From the NCBI GenBank assembly GCA_043228905.1, contig JBHGNT010000018.1, positions 5,890,001 through 5,954,000 on the forward strand: a stretch of 64,000 nt of DNA. Direction: 5' to 3'. Positions 1 to 13,661 of the stretch are shown here, piece after piece. The number at the start of each line of letters is the position of its first letter. Within the stretch, counting starts at the first letter, position 1. The notes under the pieces are model-generated. The model saw nothing but the letters and a program-made list of their open reading frames with translations. It did not search any database and had not been told where the DNA came from. This DNA is from Azolla caroliniana. Its lineage: Eukaryota > Plantae > Polypodiophyta. The translations under genes and the position numbers were made by a program.

Positions 1-64
1 TAATACATCACCTTAAGCACCCTTGGTCGGAGACACACCATAGAGAGTATGGACCGGTAAAGAC

Positions 65-2110
65 GTGTCTTACCAGCATTTGAAGGTGTTCGGATTTCTC
101 GCCTATGTGCATGTTGCAAAGAACAAGAGAGCAAAGTGGGATCCGAAGTCCCGACCATGCATATTCCTTGGATACGATGACGATGAGTTTGGATACCGAG
201 TGTGGGATTTGGTCGACAAGAAGGTGTTCCGGATTCGGGACATAGTCTTCATGGAAGACAAGAGTATTGCTGACTAGGAGTCAAAAAAGAAGATATCAGA
301 CTCTGGATCGACCAACGAGACTCATCCAGTTGGAAGTTGGATAACACTCGAAGAACCAGCTGGAGTTCAACAAGAAACCGAACCGATCGAAGAAAAAGAA
401 GATCATGACACCGGAATTGGACAAGACCCCGAATCAGATTCGCATGAAGAACAAATGGAGGAACCGGTAGTTGAGAACCAAGGAAGAAGAAATCCTCTCA
501 GAGAGAGAAGAGCCCCCGAAAGATTTCCAGATGCAGAGCATGTGTTGCTAACCGATGAAGGGGAGCCAGAAAGCTTCGAAGAAGCAAAGAAAGACACCCA
601 CAACCGCAAGTGGTTAAGTGCCATGCACGACGAGATGGATTCCCTACATGAGAAACACACATATGAACTAACAGAGTTGCCGAAAGGAAAGAGAGAAATC
701 TAGAACAAATGGGTGTACAAGCTGAAACTGGGAGACGTCGGAAATCCACCAAGGTACAAGGCCTGGATCGTGGCAAAGGGGTTTGAGCAGAAGAAAGGAG
801 TGGATTTCGACGAGATCTTTGCTCCGGTAGTAAAGATGATCTCCATCCGGATGGTGTTGAGCATAGCGGCAAGCCTAGACCTTGAGGTAGAGGAACTGGA
901 TGTCAAGACAATGTTCCTACATGGCGACCTCGAAGAAGACATCTACATGCAACAACCGAAAGGATTTGAGAAGAAAGGGAAGGAGCACCTGGTGTGCCAG
1001 CTGAAGAAGAGCCTATACGAACTAAAGCAAGCTCCCCGACAATGGTACCGGAAGTTCGATTCCTTCATGGCCGACCAAAAGTACCACAAGACGCAAGCCG
1101 ATCACTGCGTGTTTGTGAAGAAATTCGATGGAGGAGACTTCCTGATACTCCTACTGTATGTGGATGACATGTTGATCGTCGGACTGGACCAAACCAAAAT
1201 CGGGATGCTGAAGAAGGCCTTGAACCGGACCTTCCCAATGAGAGACTTGGGCCCGGCAAGACAGATATAGGGGATGCACATAATCCGAGACCGGACGAAG
1301 AAGCTATTGTGGTTGTCACAAGAGAAGTACGTGAGAAAAGTGCTCCAACGTTTCAACATGTAAAATGTGAAGCCAGTCAAGTCAACACTTCTGGCAAACT
1401 GCAAGTTTTCCGGAAAGCAGAACCTGAAGACAAAGGCAGAGAAGTTGGACATGATGAAGATACCAAATGCCTATGCCATCAGACACTTGATGTACGCAAT
1501 GGTGTGTACCCGACCGGATATCGGATTTGCTGTCGAAGTGGTCAGTCGGTTCATGAGCAATCCCAAAAGAGAACATTGGACCGCGGTCAAGTGGATACTC
1601 TGGTACTTGAAAGGCACCTCGAGTATGGGCCTCCAAATCAACTCAAGTATACCCCAATTGGAAGGCTTAACAAATTCGGATATGTCGGTTGATGCGGATA
1701 CCTACCGGTCCACATCTGGAAACGTCATGACATATGCAGGGGGAGCCGTATCCTGGCAGTCGAGGCTGCAAAAGTCCGTTGCATTGTCAACAACAGAAGC
1801 AGAGTACATGGTAGTCATGGAAGCCGACAAGGAAGTAATTTGGATGAAGGGCTTCATCGAGGAGCTAGGGATCCAACAGGAGGAATACCAACTCTACTGC
1901 AATAGCCAAAGTACCATCCACCTTGCAAAGAACACAGCCTACCATTCCCGGACTAAGCACATCCAAAGAAGATATCATTGGCTTCGAGAGAAGGTAGAAG
2001 ATCAAGACTTCGTGCTTACGAAGATCCACATGGAGAAGAACGGGTTGGATATGTTGACCAAGGTGTTGTCAGCCAACAACAGGACACGTGCTGGAGACGG
2101 ATCAGACTAA
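65..2110 (+). pseudogene. Copia pol (INT-RT-RNaseH), broken by stops and frameshifts
   Basis: ORFs 65-277, 455-703, 713-1270 and 1367-2110 are consecutive pieces of one polyprotein. Confidence 0.93.
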
Positions 2111-2143
2111 TGAGAAATCCCATGTCAGAGTGAAGCCGGAGTT

Positions 2144-2643
2144 TGTTGGGAATTCGGTCCCTTCGGATGGGATGCAGATGAGAACCGGAGGAGCCGGATA
2201 AGACGTGTTGAAGGAAGGAACTAGACCGGAAGGTATTCGGATGGAGCTAGAGTTAACCGGATCCAGGGACATATCTGTAAATATGTTTCTGGTGTGCCTT
2301 TAAAGGACCTAGGGCAATCACCTAAGCATTGGTGTGGATGTGTGGTTCTATTATTGTTGTATATAGCTAGAGACAAAGAGAGGGAAGAGAAGCTAAATCC
2401 GTTTTTGTTGTAACCACCGGTTGGCGAAGACATAGAGCTCGAAGTCGTTGACTCTATGTCTCATATTCTACCCCCTCCTCTTGTACTGATAGTTGGAGAC
2501 TGTGAGCTTCCGTGGTTTTGCCCTATTAGGGTTTTCCATGTAAACATCTTGTGTCATCTCAAAGGTGTAAGCGTATGAACCTCCATTCTGTTTTGTTCTT
2601 TCATTAAGTTTAAGGCTCGGTTGTGGACGAGCTCTATTCCACA
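2144..2643 (+). repeat. 3' LTR of Copia-A (~500 bp)
   Basis: Starts TGTTG just after the PPT. Both ends are homologous to the minus-strand LTR at 24864-25378. Confidence 0.8.
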
Positions 2644-2790
2644 ATGTCTTATAGCCTTGGTCATATTTGAACTCAAGACCTCGAGAACAAATGCATTAAA
2701 TAGTTGAGCTAACCAAATAGGTTGTTCATGTTAAATATTTAATGTTTTATGTGTATAAGAGATATGCGAGGCATTTGCCTAAATATGTTT
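2644..2790 (-). mobile_element. ~150-bp remnant of the chromovirus-D 5' leader, including an A/B-box-like segment
   Basis: Reverse complement aligns with 28914-29060 (e.g. TTAATGTTTTATGyGTATAAGAGATATGCGAGGCA; CTTGGTCATATTTGAACTC). Confidence 0.8.
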
Positions 2791-5700
2791 GGTAATGTTA
2801 GATTATTTAAATTCACTAATGACAAATGTGGGATTTGAACCCTCACCCTTTCGGATTGGAGCCTAAATCCAACACAGTAGACCACTCGGCCAAATTGTCG
2901 ATGTGTTGATGACATAAAACAAGTCCACACTTGATAATGTTGCTAAAGAATGTTAAAAACGAGAGTGATATTTGAATTGGTGTCAATTTAGGTCATTGGG
3001 CAACAATGTTAAGCATATCAATGAATGTGCAATGCAAGCACTAGGTCAAAGAAAGGACACAATTACTAGTTTTTATGGCCCTCTTTTCTACAAGATTAAC
3101 GTAGTAGTTAGTTCATGAAAAGTTTGGTAATGCTAAATTGTTTAAATTCGCTAATCACACCTGTGGGATTTGAACCCACACCATTTCGCATTGGAGCCTA
3201 AATCCAACGTTTTAAGCTACTCGGCCACATTGTCGATGTATTGATGAAATCAAAACAAGTCCACACAGATAAACTTGCTAAAGAGTGTTAAAAAAGAGAG
3301 TGATATTTGAAGTGGTGTCAGTTAAGGTCATTGGGCAACAATCCTAAGCATATCAATGTGCAATGTAGGCACTACGTTGAAGAAAGAACATGCTTAGAAT
3401 TTTTTATGGCCCTCTTTTGTACAAGATTAACGTAGTAGTTATTGCATGAAAACTTTGGTAATGCTAGATTGTTTAGATTCGGAAATGAGAACTGTGGGAT
3501 TTGAATGCACAACCTTTAGGTTTGGAGCCAAAATCCGACGCCTTAGACCTCTCGGCCAAATTGTCGATGTGTGAATGATATCAAAACAAGTTCACACTTG
3601 ATAAAGTTGCTAAAGAGTATTAAGAAAGAGACTAATATTTGAGGTGGTGTCAATTTAGAAAAGACACGCTTACAGTTTTTTATTCCCCTGTTTTGCACAA
3701 GAATAACGTAGTAGTTATTTCATATAAAGTTTGGTACTATTAGATTATTTAAATCCACTAATGACAACTGCGGGATTTGAACCCAAGCCCTTTTGCATTT
3801 GAACCTAAATCCAACGCCATAAACCAGTCGACCGATTTGTCGATGTGATAATGACTCAAAACAACTCCACAATTGATCGTCTTTCTAAAGAGTGTTAAAA
3901 AAGAGAGTGATATTTGATGTGGTGTCAATTTAGGGCATTGGGCAATAATGCTAAGCACATCAATATCTATATCCAACGCCTTAGACCACTAGGCCAAATT
4001 GTTGATGTGTTGCTGACATCAAAACAAGACCACACTTGATAGTATTGCTAAAGAGTGTTAAAAAAGAGACTGATATTTTGAGTGACCAGTGTCAATTTAG
4101 GTTGTTGGGCAATAATATTAAGCACATAAATATGCAATGCAACTAGTAGGTCGAATAAAGCACATGCTTACAATTTTTGATGGCCCTCTTTTGTCCATGA
4201 CAAGTTTGGTAATGTTAGATTATTTAAATTCAGTAATGACCACTGTGGGATTTAGACTCACACCCCTTTTCTTGGAGCCAAAATCCAACACCTTAGACCA
4301 CTCGGCCAAATTGTCGATGTGTTGATAACATCAAAACAAGTTCACACATGAAAATGTTGCTAAAGAGTGTTAAAAAAGAGAGTGATATTGGAATTGGTAT
4401 CAATTTAGGTCATTGGGAAACAATATTAAGCACATGAATGTGCAATGCAATCACTAGGTCGTAGAAAAGACACGCTTACGATTTTTTATTCCCCTCTTTT
4501 GCACAAGAATAACGTAGTAGTTATTTCATATAAAGTTTTGTGTTGTTAGATTATTTAAATGCACTAATGACAACTGTAGGATTTGAACCCACGCCCAATC
4601 AAATTGGAGGCTAAATGCAACAATGCCTTAGACCACTCGGCCAAATTGTCACTATATGGAAGATACAAAAACAAATCGACACTTAGTAAAGAATATTAAA
4701 AGAGAGAGTGATATTTTAAGTGGTGTCAATTTAGCTCGTTGGGCAACAATGTTAAGCATAGCAATGTGCAATGCAAGCCAAATAAAGAACATGCTTACAA
4801 TTTTATATGGCCCTCTTTTGTACCAGAATAACGTAGTCGTTATTTCATGAAAAGTTTGGTATGCTAGGTTCGCAACTGAGAACTGTGGGATTTGAACGCA
4901 CACCGTTTTGGTTTGGAGCCAAAATCCGACGACTTAGACCACTCGGCCAAATTGTCGATGTGTGGATGATTATCAAAACAAGTCCACACTTGATAAAATT
5001 ACTAAAGCGTATTAAAAAAGAGAGTAATATTTGAGGTGGTGTCAATTTAGGTCGTTGGGTAACAATATTAAGCACATGAATGTGCAATGCAAGCACTAGG
5101 TCGTAAAAAAGACACGCTTACAATTTTTTATTCCCCGCTTTTGCACAAGAATAACGTAGTAGATTTTTTACATCCACTAATGACAATAGTGGGATTTGAA
5201 CCCAGACCCTTTCAGATTGGAGCCTAAATCCAACGCTTTAGACCACTCGGCCAAATTGTCAATGTATTAATAGCATTAAGTGGGCTCCATTTAGCTTGTC
5301 GGGCAGCAAGGTTAACCATATCAATGTGCAATACAGGCCCGAATAATGGACATGTTTACAATTTTTTATGGCCCTCTTCTGTACAAGAATAACAAGAATA
5401 ACGTAGTAGTTATTTCATGAAAAGTTTGGTAATATTATATTATTTAAATTCACTAATGACAACTGTGGGATTTGAACCCACGCCCTTTTAGATTGGAGCC
5501 TAAATCCAAATCCTTAGACCACTCAGCCAAATTGTCGATGTGTTGATGACATCAAAACAAGTCCACACTTGATAGTGTTAATAAAGAGTGTTAAAAAAGA
5601 GAGTGATATTTTAAGTGATGTCAATTTAGGTTGTTGGGCAACAATGTTAAGAACGTCAATATGCAATTGAGGCATAGGTTGAATAAAGGACATGCTTACA

Positions 5701-8700
5701 ATTTTTTATGGCCCTCATTGGTCCAACAAATAAGGTAGTAGTTACTTCCTGAAAACATTGCTAATGTTAGATTATTTAAATTCACTAATGACAACTGTGG
5801 GATTTGAACCCACGCCCTTTCAGATTGGAACCTAAATCCAACGCCTTAGACCACTCAGCCAAATTGTCGATGTATTAATAACATTAAATAGGATCCATTT
5901 AGGTTGGGGGGCAGCAATGTTAAGCATATCAATGTGCAATGCAGGCTCGAATAAAGGACATGCTTACAAATTTTTATGGCCCTCTTCTATACAAGAATAA
6001 CAAGAATAACGTAGTAGTTATTTCATGAAAAGATTGGTGATGCTATATTATTTAAATTCACTAATGACAACTGTGGGATTTGAACCCACGCCCTTTTAGA
6101 TTGGAGCCTAAATCCAAATCCTTAAACGACTTGGCCAAATTATCGATGTGTTGATGACATCAAAACAAGTCCAGACTTCATAATTTCGATAAAGAGTGTT
6201 AAAAAAGAGAGTGATATTTTAAGTGATGTCAATTTAGGTTGTTGGGCAACAATGTTAAGAACGTCGATATGCAATTGAGGCAGTAGGTTTAATAAAGGAC
6301 ATGCTTACAATTTCTTATGTCCCTCATTGGTCCAACAAATAAGGTAGTAGTTATTCATGAAAAGATTGCTAATGTTAGATTATTTAAATTCACTAATGAC
6401 AACTGTGGGATTCGAACCCATGCCCTTTCAAATTGGAGCCTAAATCCAACACCTTAGACCACTCAACCAAATTGTCAATACATTAATAAGATTAATTAGG
6501 CTAAATTTAGGTTGGGCAACAATGTTAAGCATATCAATGAGCAATGCAGGCCCGAATAAAGGACATGCTTACAATTTTTCATGGCCCTCTTTTGTACAAG
6601 AATAACATAGTAGTTATTTCATGATAAGTTTGGTAAAGCTATATTATTTAAATTCCGTAATGACAACTGTGGAATTTAATTCAATGCCCTTTCGTATTGG
6701 AGCCTAAATCCAACGCCTTAAACCACTCGGCCAAATTGTCACGGGATGGATGATATCGAAACAAATCGACACTTGGTAAAGAGTATTAAAAAAGAGAGTG
6801 ATATTTTAAGTTGTGTCAATTTAGGTCGTTGGGCAACAATGTTAAGCATAGCAATGTGCAATGCAGGCCATATAATTAACATGCTTACAATTTTATATGG
6901 CCCTCTTTTGTACCAAAATAACGTAGTCGTTATTTCGTGAAAAGTTTGGTATTGCTAGATTATTTAAATACATTAATGACAATTGTGGGATTTGAAACCA
7001 CGGCCTTTCGGATTGGAGGCTAAATCCAACGCCTTAGACCACTGGGCCAAATTGTCGATGTGTTCATGACATTAAAACAAGTCCATGCTTGATAGTGTTG
7101 CTAAAGAGTTAAAAAAGAGAGTGATATTTGAACCGGTGTCAATTTAGGTTATTGGGCAACAATGTTAAGCACGTCAATATGCAATGCAGGCACTAGGTCA
7201 AATAAAGGACATGCTTACAATTTTTTATGGTCCTCCAGACGAGTTATTTAATGAACAATTTGCTGATGTTAGATTATTTAAATTCACTAATGACAACTAC
7301 GAGATTTGAACCCATGCCCTTTTGAATTGGAGCCTAAATCGAGCGCCTTAAACCGCTCCGCCGAATTGTCGATGTGGTAATGAACAAGTCCACAATTGAT
7401 AGTCTTACTAAAGAGTGTTAAAAAAGATAGTTATATTTGGTGTGTTGTCAATTTAGGTCGTTGGGCAACAATGTTAAGCATATCCATGTGTAATGCAGGA
7501 ACTTGGTCGAAGAAAGGACACCCTAACTATTTTTTATGGCCCTCTTTTGTACAAGAATAATGTAGTAGTTATTTCATGAAATGTTTGGTAATGCTAGATC
7601 ATTTAATTCTGACTAATGACAACTGTCATGTAGGATTTGAACCCATGCTCATTCGGATTGGAGCCTATATCCAACGCCTTAGACCACTACGCCAAATTGT
7701 TGATATGTTGTTGACATCAAAACAAGACCACACTTGCTAGTATTGCTAAAGAGTGTTAAAAAAGAGAGTGATATTTTAAGTGACCAGTGTCAATTTAGAC
7801 TGTTGGGCAATAATATTAAGCCCATAAATATGCAATGCAGCCAATAGGTCGAATAAAGCACATGCTTACAATTTTTAATGGCCCTCTTTTGTCCATGAGA
7901 AGTTTGGTAATGTTAGATTATTTAAATTCACTAATGACAACTATGGGATTTCAACCCATGCCCTTTCAGATTGGAGACTAAATCCAACGCCTTAGACCAC
8001 TCAACCAAATTGTCGATGTACTGAGAACATCAAAACAAGTCCACACTTGATAGTGTTGCTAAAGAGTGTTAAAAAAGAGAGTAATATTTTAAGTGGTGTC
8101 AATTTAGGTTGTTGGGCAAAAATGTTAAGAATATCAATGTGCAATGCCGGCACTAGGTCGAAGAATAACGTAGTAGTCATTTCATGAAAAGTTTGGTGAT
8201 GCTATATTATTTAAAGTCACTAATGACAAGTGTGGGATTTGAATCCACACCCTTTCGGATTGGAGCCTAAATCTAAGGCCTTAGACCACTACGCCAAATT
8301 GTCGATGACATCAGAACAAGTCCACACTTGATAGTGTTGATAAAGAGTGTTAAAGAGAGTGATATTTTAAGTGATGTCAATTTATGTTGTTGGGCAACAA
8401 TGTTCATAACGTCAATATGCAATTGAGGCACTAGGTCAAATAATGGACATGCTTACAATTTTCTGTGGCCCTCATTGGTCCAACAAATAAGGTACTAGTT
8501 ATTTCATGAAAAGTTTGGTAATGTTAGATTATTTAAATTCACTAATGACAACTATGGGATTTGAACCAATGCCCTTTTAGATTGGAGCCTAAATCCAACG
8601 CCTTAGACCACTCGACTAAATTCTCAATGTATTAATAACATTAAGTGGGCTCAATTTAGCTCGTTGGGCAACAATGCTAAGCATGTCAATGAGCAATGAA

Positions 8701-11491
8701 TCCCAGAATAAAGGATATGCTTACAATTTTTTAATGGCCCTCTTTTGTACAAGAATAACATAGTAGTTATTTCATAAAAAGTTTGGTAATGCTATATTAT
8801 TTAAATTCAGTAATGACAATTGTGGGATTTGAACCCACGCCCTTTTAGATTGGAGTCCATATCCAATGGAGCTAGTAGGCCGGAATAAAGGACATGCTTA
8901 CAATTTTTTATGGCCCTCTTTTGTACAAGAATAACAGAGTAGTTATTTCATAAAAAGTTCGGTAATGCTATATTATTTAAATTCAATAATGACAATTGTG
9001 GGATATGAACCCACGCCCTTTCAGATTGGAGGCCATATCCAATGCAGCCAGTAGGTCGAATAAAGGACATACTTATAGTTTTTGATGGCCCTCTTTTTTC
9101 CATGACATGTTTGGTAATGTTAGATTATTTAAATTCACTAATGACAACTGTGGGATTTGAACCCACACCCTTTCGTATTGGAGCCTAAATCCAACACATT
9201 AGACTGCTCGGCCAAATTGTCGATGTATTGATGTCATCAAAACAAGTCCACATTTGATAATGTTGCTAAAGAGTGTTAAAAAAGAGAGTGATATTTGAAT
9301 TGGTGTCAATTTAGGTCGTTGGGCAACAATGTTAAGCATATCAATGAATGTGCAATGCAAGCACTAGGTCGAAGAAAGGACACAATTACTATTTTTTATT
9401 GCCCTCTTTTCTACAAGATTAACGTAGTAGTTATTTCATGAAAAGTTTGATAATGCTAGATTGTTTAAATTCGGTAATCACGCCTATGAGTTTGGCCCCA
9501 CATCATTTCGCATTGGAGCCTAAATCCAACGCTTTAGGCGACTCGGCCACTTTGTCGATGTATTGATGAAATCAAAACAAGTCCACACTTGATAAACTTG
9601 CTAAAGAGTATTAAAAAAGAGAGTGATATTTTTGAAGTGGTGTCAATTAAGGTGACTGGGCAACAATGTTAAGCACATCAATATACAATGCATGCACTAC
9701 ATTGAAGAAAGAACATGCTTAGCATTTTTTATGGCCCTCTTTTGTACTAGAATAACGTAGTCGTTATTTCATGAAAAGTTTGGTAATGCTAGATTGTTTA
9801 GATTTGCAAATGAGAATTGTGGGATTTGAACGCACACCCGTTAGGTTTGGAGCCAAAATCCGACGCCTTAGACCTCTCGGCCAAACTGTCGATGTGTGGA
9901 TGATATCAAAACAAGTCCACACTTGATAAAGGTGGTAAAGAGTATTATGAAAGAGAGTAATATTTGAGGTGGTGTCAATTTAGGTCGTTGGGCAACAATA
10001 TTAAGCACATGAATGTGCAATGGAAGCACTAGGTTGTAGAAAAGACACGCTTAAGATTTTTTATTGCCCTCTTTTGTACAAGAATAACGTAGTAGTTATT
10101 TCATGAAAAGTTTGGTCATGTTAGATTATTTAAATTCACTAATGACAACTGTGGGATTTGAGCCCACCCTCTTTCGGATTGGAGCCTAAATCCAACATCT
10201 TAGACCACTCAGCAAAATTGTCGATGTATTAATAACATTAAGTGGGCTCAATTTAGGTCGTTGAGCAACAATGTTAAGCATATCAATGTGCAATGTCGGC
10301 CCGAATAAAGGACATGCTTACAATTTTTTATGGCCCTTATTGGTTCAAGAATAAGGTAGTAGTTATTTCATGAAAAGTTCGCTAATGTTAGATTATTTAA
10401 ATTGACTAATGACAACTGTGGGATTTGAACCCACGCCCTTTCGCATTGCAGCCTAAATCCAACGCATTAGACCACTCGGCCAAATTGGCGATGTATTGAT
10501 GACATCAAAACAAGTCCACAATCGATATTGTTACTAAAGAGTGTTAAAAAAGAGAGTGATATTTAAAGTGGTCTCAATTTAGGTCGTTGGGCAACAATGT
10601 CAAGCATATCAATGTCCAATGCATGCACTAGGTCGAACAAAGGACACGCTTACAATTGTTTATGGCCCTATTTTGTACAAGAATAAAGTAATATTTATTT
10701 CATGAAAAGTTTGGTAATGCTAGATTGTTTAAATTCGTTAATCACACGTGTAGGATTTGAACCCCCACGATTTCGCATTGGAGCCTAAATCCAACGCTTT
10801 AGTCTACTCGGCCACATTGTCAATGCATTGATGATATCAAAACAAGTCCACACTTGATAAACTTGCTAAAGAGTGTTAAAAAAGAGAGTAATATTTTAAC
10901 TAGTGTCAATTTAGGTCGTTGGGCATTAATGTTAAGCACATGAATATGCAATGTAGCCACTAGGTCGAAGAAAGGACATGCTTACAATTTTTTATGGCCC
11001 TCTTTTGTACAAGATTAACACAGTAGTTATTTCATGAAAAGTTTGGTGATGCTAGATTGTTTAAATTCGCTAATCAAAACTGTGGGATTTGAGGCCATGC
11101 CCTTTCGGTTTGGAGCCTCAATCCAATGCATTAGGCCTCTCGGCACAAATGTTGATGTGTGGATGATCTCCAAACAAGTCCACACTTGATAAAGTTGCTA
11201 AAGAGTGTTAAAAAAGAGAATGATATTTGAAGTGGTGTTAATTTAGGTCATTGGGCAACAATATTAAGCACATGAATGTGCAATGCAAGCACTAGGTCGA
11301 AGAAAGGACACGCTTTCTATTTTTTATGGCCCTCTTTTGTACAAAAATGACGTAGTAGTTATTTCATGAAAAGATAGGTAATGTTAGATTATTTAAATTC
11401 ACTAATGACAATTGTCAGATTTGAAACCACGCCCTTTTGGATTGCAGCCTAAATCCAATACCTTAGATCACTCGGCCAAATTGTCAATGTG
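2790..11491 (-). repeat. tRNA-Leu tandem array, block 1 (~30 mostly degenerate monomers, typically 270-335 bp)
   Basis: Recurrent TGACAACTGTGGGATTTGAACCC...GGCCAAATTGTC cores at ~2820, 3157, 3487, 3762 ... 11073, 11406, sharing an AT-rich spacer. Confidence 0.95.
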
Positions 11492-12074
11492 TGTTATACG
11501 CTTGGTTCACACCACGACCAGTATTGAAGAAGAATGCATCAACAAGGACGTAGTATGGCTAAAGGACCTACTAAGAGGGAATGGCAAGAGGAAAGAGGGC
11601 TAAGGGACATCCAAGTGTGAAAGGTCCACACCCTAAATGTAAATGCTATATAAACCACATGGTGGTGGCTTTGCAAGGGTTCTTCCATTTGTAAAGATTT
11701 CCCTATTGATTAAGAGCTAGAGCTTCCTCTCCTCCTTCTTGTAACCTTTAAGCTTAAGAGAGATTAGTGAGGTGTTTAGTGAGAGAACACTAATCTCTCT
11801 TCCGTGTTGTTGCTAGACCTGTTAGCAAAGAGGGTTATTAAACATATTCATTACTCTTATTGTCTACATTCATTACCCCATTGTCTATAAGTGTGAGCTT
11901 GAGAGAGTGAGAGAGATATCATGCTTAATCATCTACTAATCGTTAAGTGAGTGTGAGGCTCAGAGGTGGCCGACAATCATCTCCGCCTGATTCGCCATCA
12001 AAAGGGTATACGTTGGTCCGAACTCCGTGAACGACATCAAGGAGTTAACTCCATTGATACATAGATCCTACACA
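11492..12074 (+). repeat. 5' LTR of Gypsy-B
   Basis: TGTTATA starts exactly where an array monomer breaks. TATATAAA near 11647. Ends ...CTACACA 6 nt before the PBS. No partner LTR in the window. Confidence 0.7.
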
Positions 12075-12080
12075 TCTATT

Positions 12081-12098
12081 TGGCATTGCTGCCGAGGA
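12081..12098 (+). promoter_or_regulatory. Degenerate primer-binding site, tRNA-Asp type
   Basis: TGGCATTGCTGCCGAGGA versus Athila-type TGGCGCCGTTGCCGGGGA; all differences are transitions. Confidence 0.65.
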
Positions 12099-12421
12099 TA
12101 TGACCGACGCTTGAAGTTGACTTCGAGTGATCAAACACTCATAGGCAACCCACTTAACAAGGGAAGAAATCGAAAGGAAACGGCGTTAATTCAAATTTTC
12201 ACTACTTCATATTTTCATTAAGTTAATTTTCTGTTTTTTTTTGTTTTAATTTTCTTCCCATTAATCGCCTGGACGTTAGGAAACTATTCTTCTAGTTAAC
12301 GTTAAGCATTTGTGAGATTTAGTCGTTGCAGGGCAAAAGTGATTACCCCGATTCTCGCTGATTACGATCATCCTACGGGACACGAAACAGCCGTTGGCAC
12401 CAAAAAATTCAAATTTCCCGC

Positions 12422-12930
12422 TCAAAGTTCAACGATCCCACATCTTTCGACGAAAGGTCAAAGTTTGCCAAACCCACAAAGTTCAACAAAAGATCATCTT
12501 TTGACGAATCCACATCCTTCGACGAAAGGTCAAAGTTTGCCAAACCCTCAAAGTTCAACGAACCCACATCTTTCGACGAAAGATCAAAGTTTGCCAAACC
12601 CTCAAAGTTCGACGAACCCACATCCTTTGACGAAAGATCAATGTTTGCCAAACCCACATCCTTCAACGAAAGATCAAAATTCGACGAAGCCACATCCTTT
12701 GACGAAAGGTCAAAGTTGGCCAAACCCACATCCTTCAATGAAAGATCAAAGTTCGACGAAAGCTCATCTTTTGACGAACCCACATCCTTCGACGAAAGAT
12801 CAAAGTTTGTCAAACCCACATCTTTCAACGAAAGATCATCCTTCGTCGAAAGATCAGTGTGCGATAAGGGGAGCATCTTTCGACGAAAGGTCAAAGTTTG
12901 CCAAACCCACAAAGTTCGACGAACCCGCAA
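12422..12930. repeat. Minisatellite of ~18-bp modules in the Gypsy-B leader
   Basis: Shuffled modules AACCCACATCCTTCGACG, AAAGATCAAAGTTTGCCA and AACCCTCAAAGTTCGACG. Confidence 0.9.
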
Positions 12931-13208
12931 AGCTTGACAAGAGAACATGGCCGGATCCTCATGGACAAAGATGTTCAAAATCCGACCCACACGCCACGAG
13001 GAGTCCACACAAACCAACCAAACACACAGTGTTGACCCATTTAACCCGACTCAATACCACGGAGGGTGGTTAACCCCGGGGACACTACCAAACATGAACC
13101 TCCCATCGAGCCCAACAACTAAAGCACCTCTCAACACACCCCCAATACAGGAGAGCCCAATGGCAGACCCGCTCAACGTAGAGCGACACATACGGGATGT
13201 CGTGCACA

Positions 13209-13467
13209 CTATTGTAATACGTAGGATATTTTTTTCATTTAAGTTTTATTATAGGAAATTAATGTATAGTCTAGATTTCTCTAGAACATTCTAGAAGCTT
13301 CAAGATTTCTCCTGAGAACACTATAAAAGAAGGCACTAGGCATTATGTTGAACCAAATTGGTTCAACGCCAGTCTTAAGCCTCTTAGCCATTTTGTACTT
13401 ATCCTTCACATAATATATTAGTTGTTATCATTATCTCTCTCTCTCTCTTCCTCGCTATCTCTCTCTT

Positions 13468-13508
<41 letters not shown>

Positions 13509-13592
13509 TTACGCAGTCCCATCCTCTTTGTACTAATAGTACTTCTCTTCTTTAGTACTAATTCCCTCTCTGCTTTAGTACTATTCCTGACA
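13209..13592 (+). repeat. 5' LTR of the Tcn1-like element (first ~70 bp missing)
   Basis: Near-identical to 18377-18778, contains a (CT)n tract, ends TCCTGACA. Confidence 0.9.
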
Positions 13593-13661
13593 GTTTGAAC
13601 CAATTTTCTCCTCCAGCCTACTTTTCGTTCTCCCTCATCCTCCTACCCTTTTCCCTATACT

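Larger units (their letters stand above)
1..2643 (+). mobile_element. Ty1/Copia LTR retrotransposon, 3' part (Copia-A; runs off the left edge)
   Basis: Integrase C-term (LKVFG..AYVHV), RT (LKQAPRQW, LLLYVDDMLI) and RNase H (ALSTTEAEY, HSRTKHI) in Copia order. Purine tract near 2130-2141, then an LTR TGTTGGG...TTCCACA. Confidence 0.95.

Noticed and set aside
2739-6940. Short ORFs in the array (also 40435, 55929, 58143)
   Set aside because: Chance frames through repeat monomers; not conserved between copies.
13213-13218. TGTAAT as the true LTR start of the Tcn1-like element
   Set aside because: No TSD fits, LTR homology starts a few bases earlier, and the PPT places the 3' LTR start at 18306.
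13434-13503. (CT)n microsatellites and recurrent AGTACT palindromes
   Set aside because: Ordinary components of the LTR and element; no evidence of an independent function.
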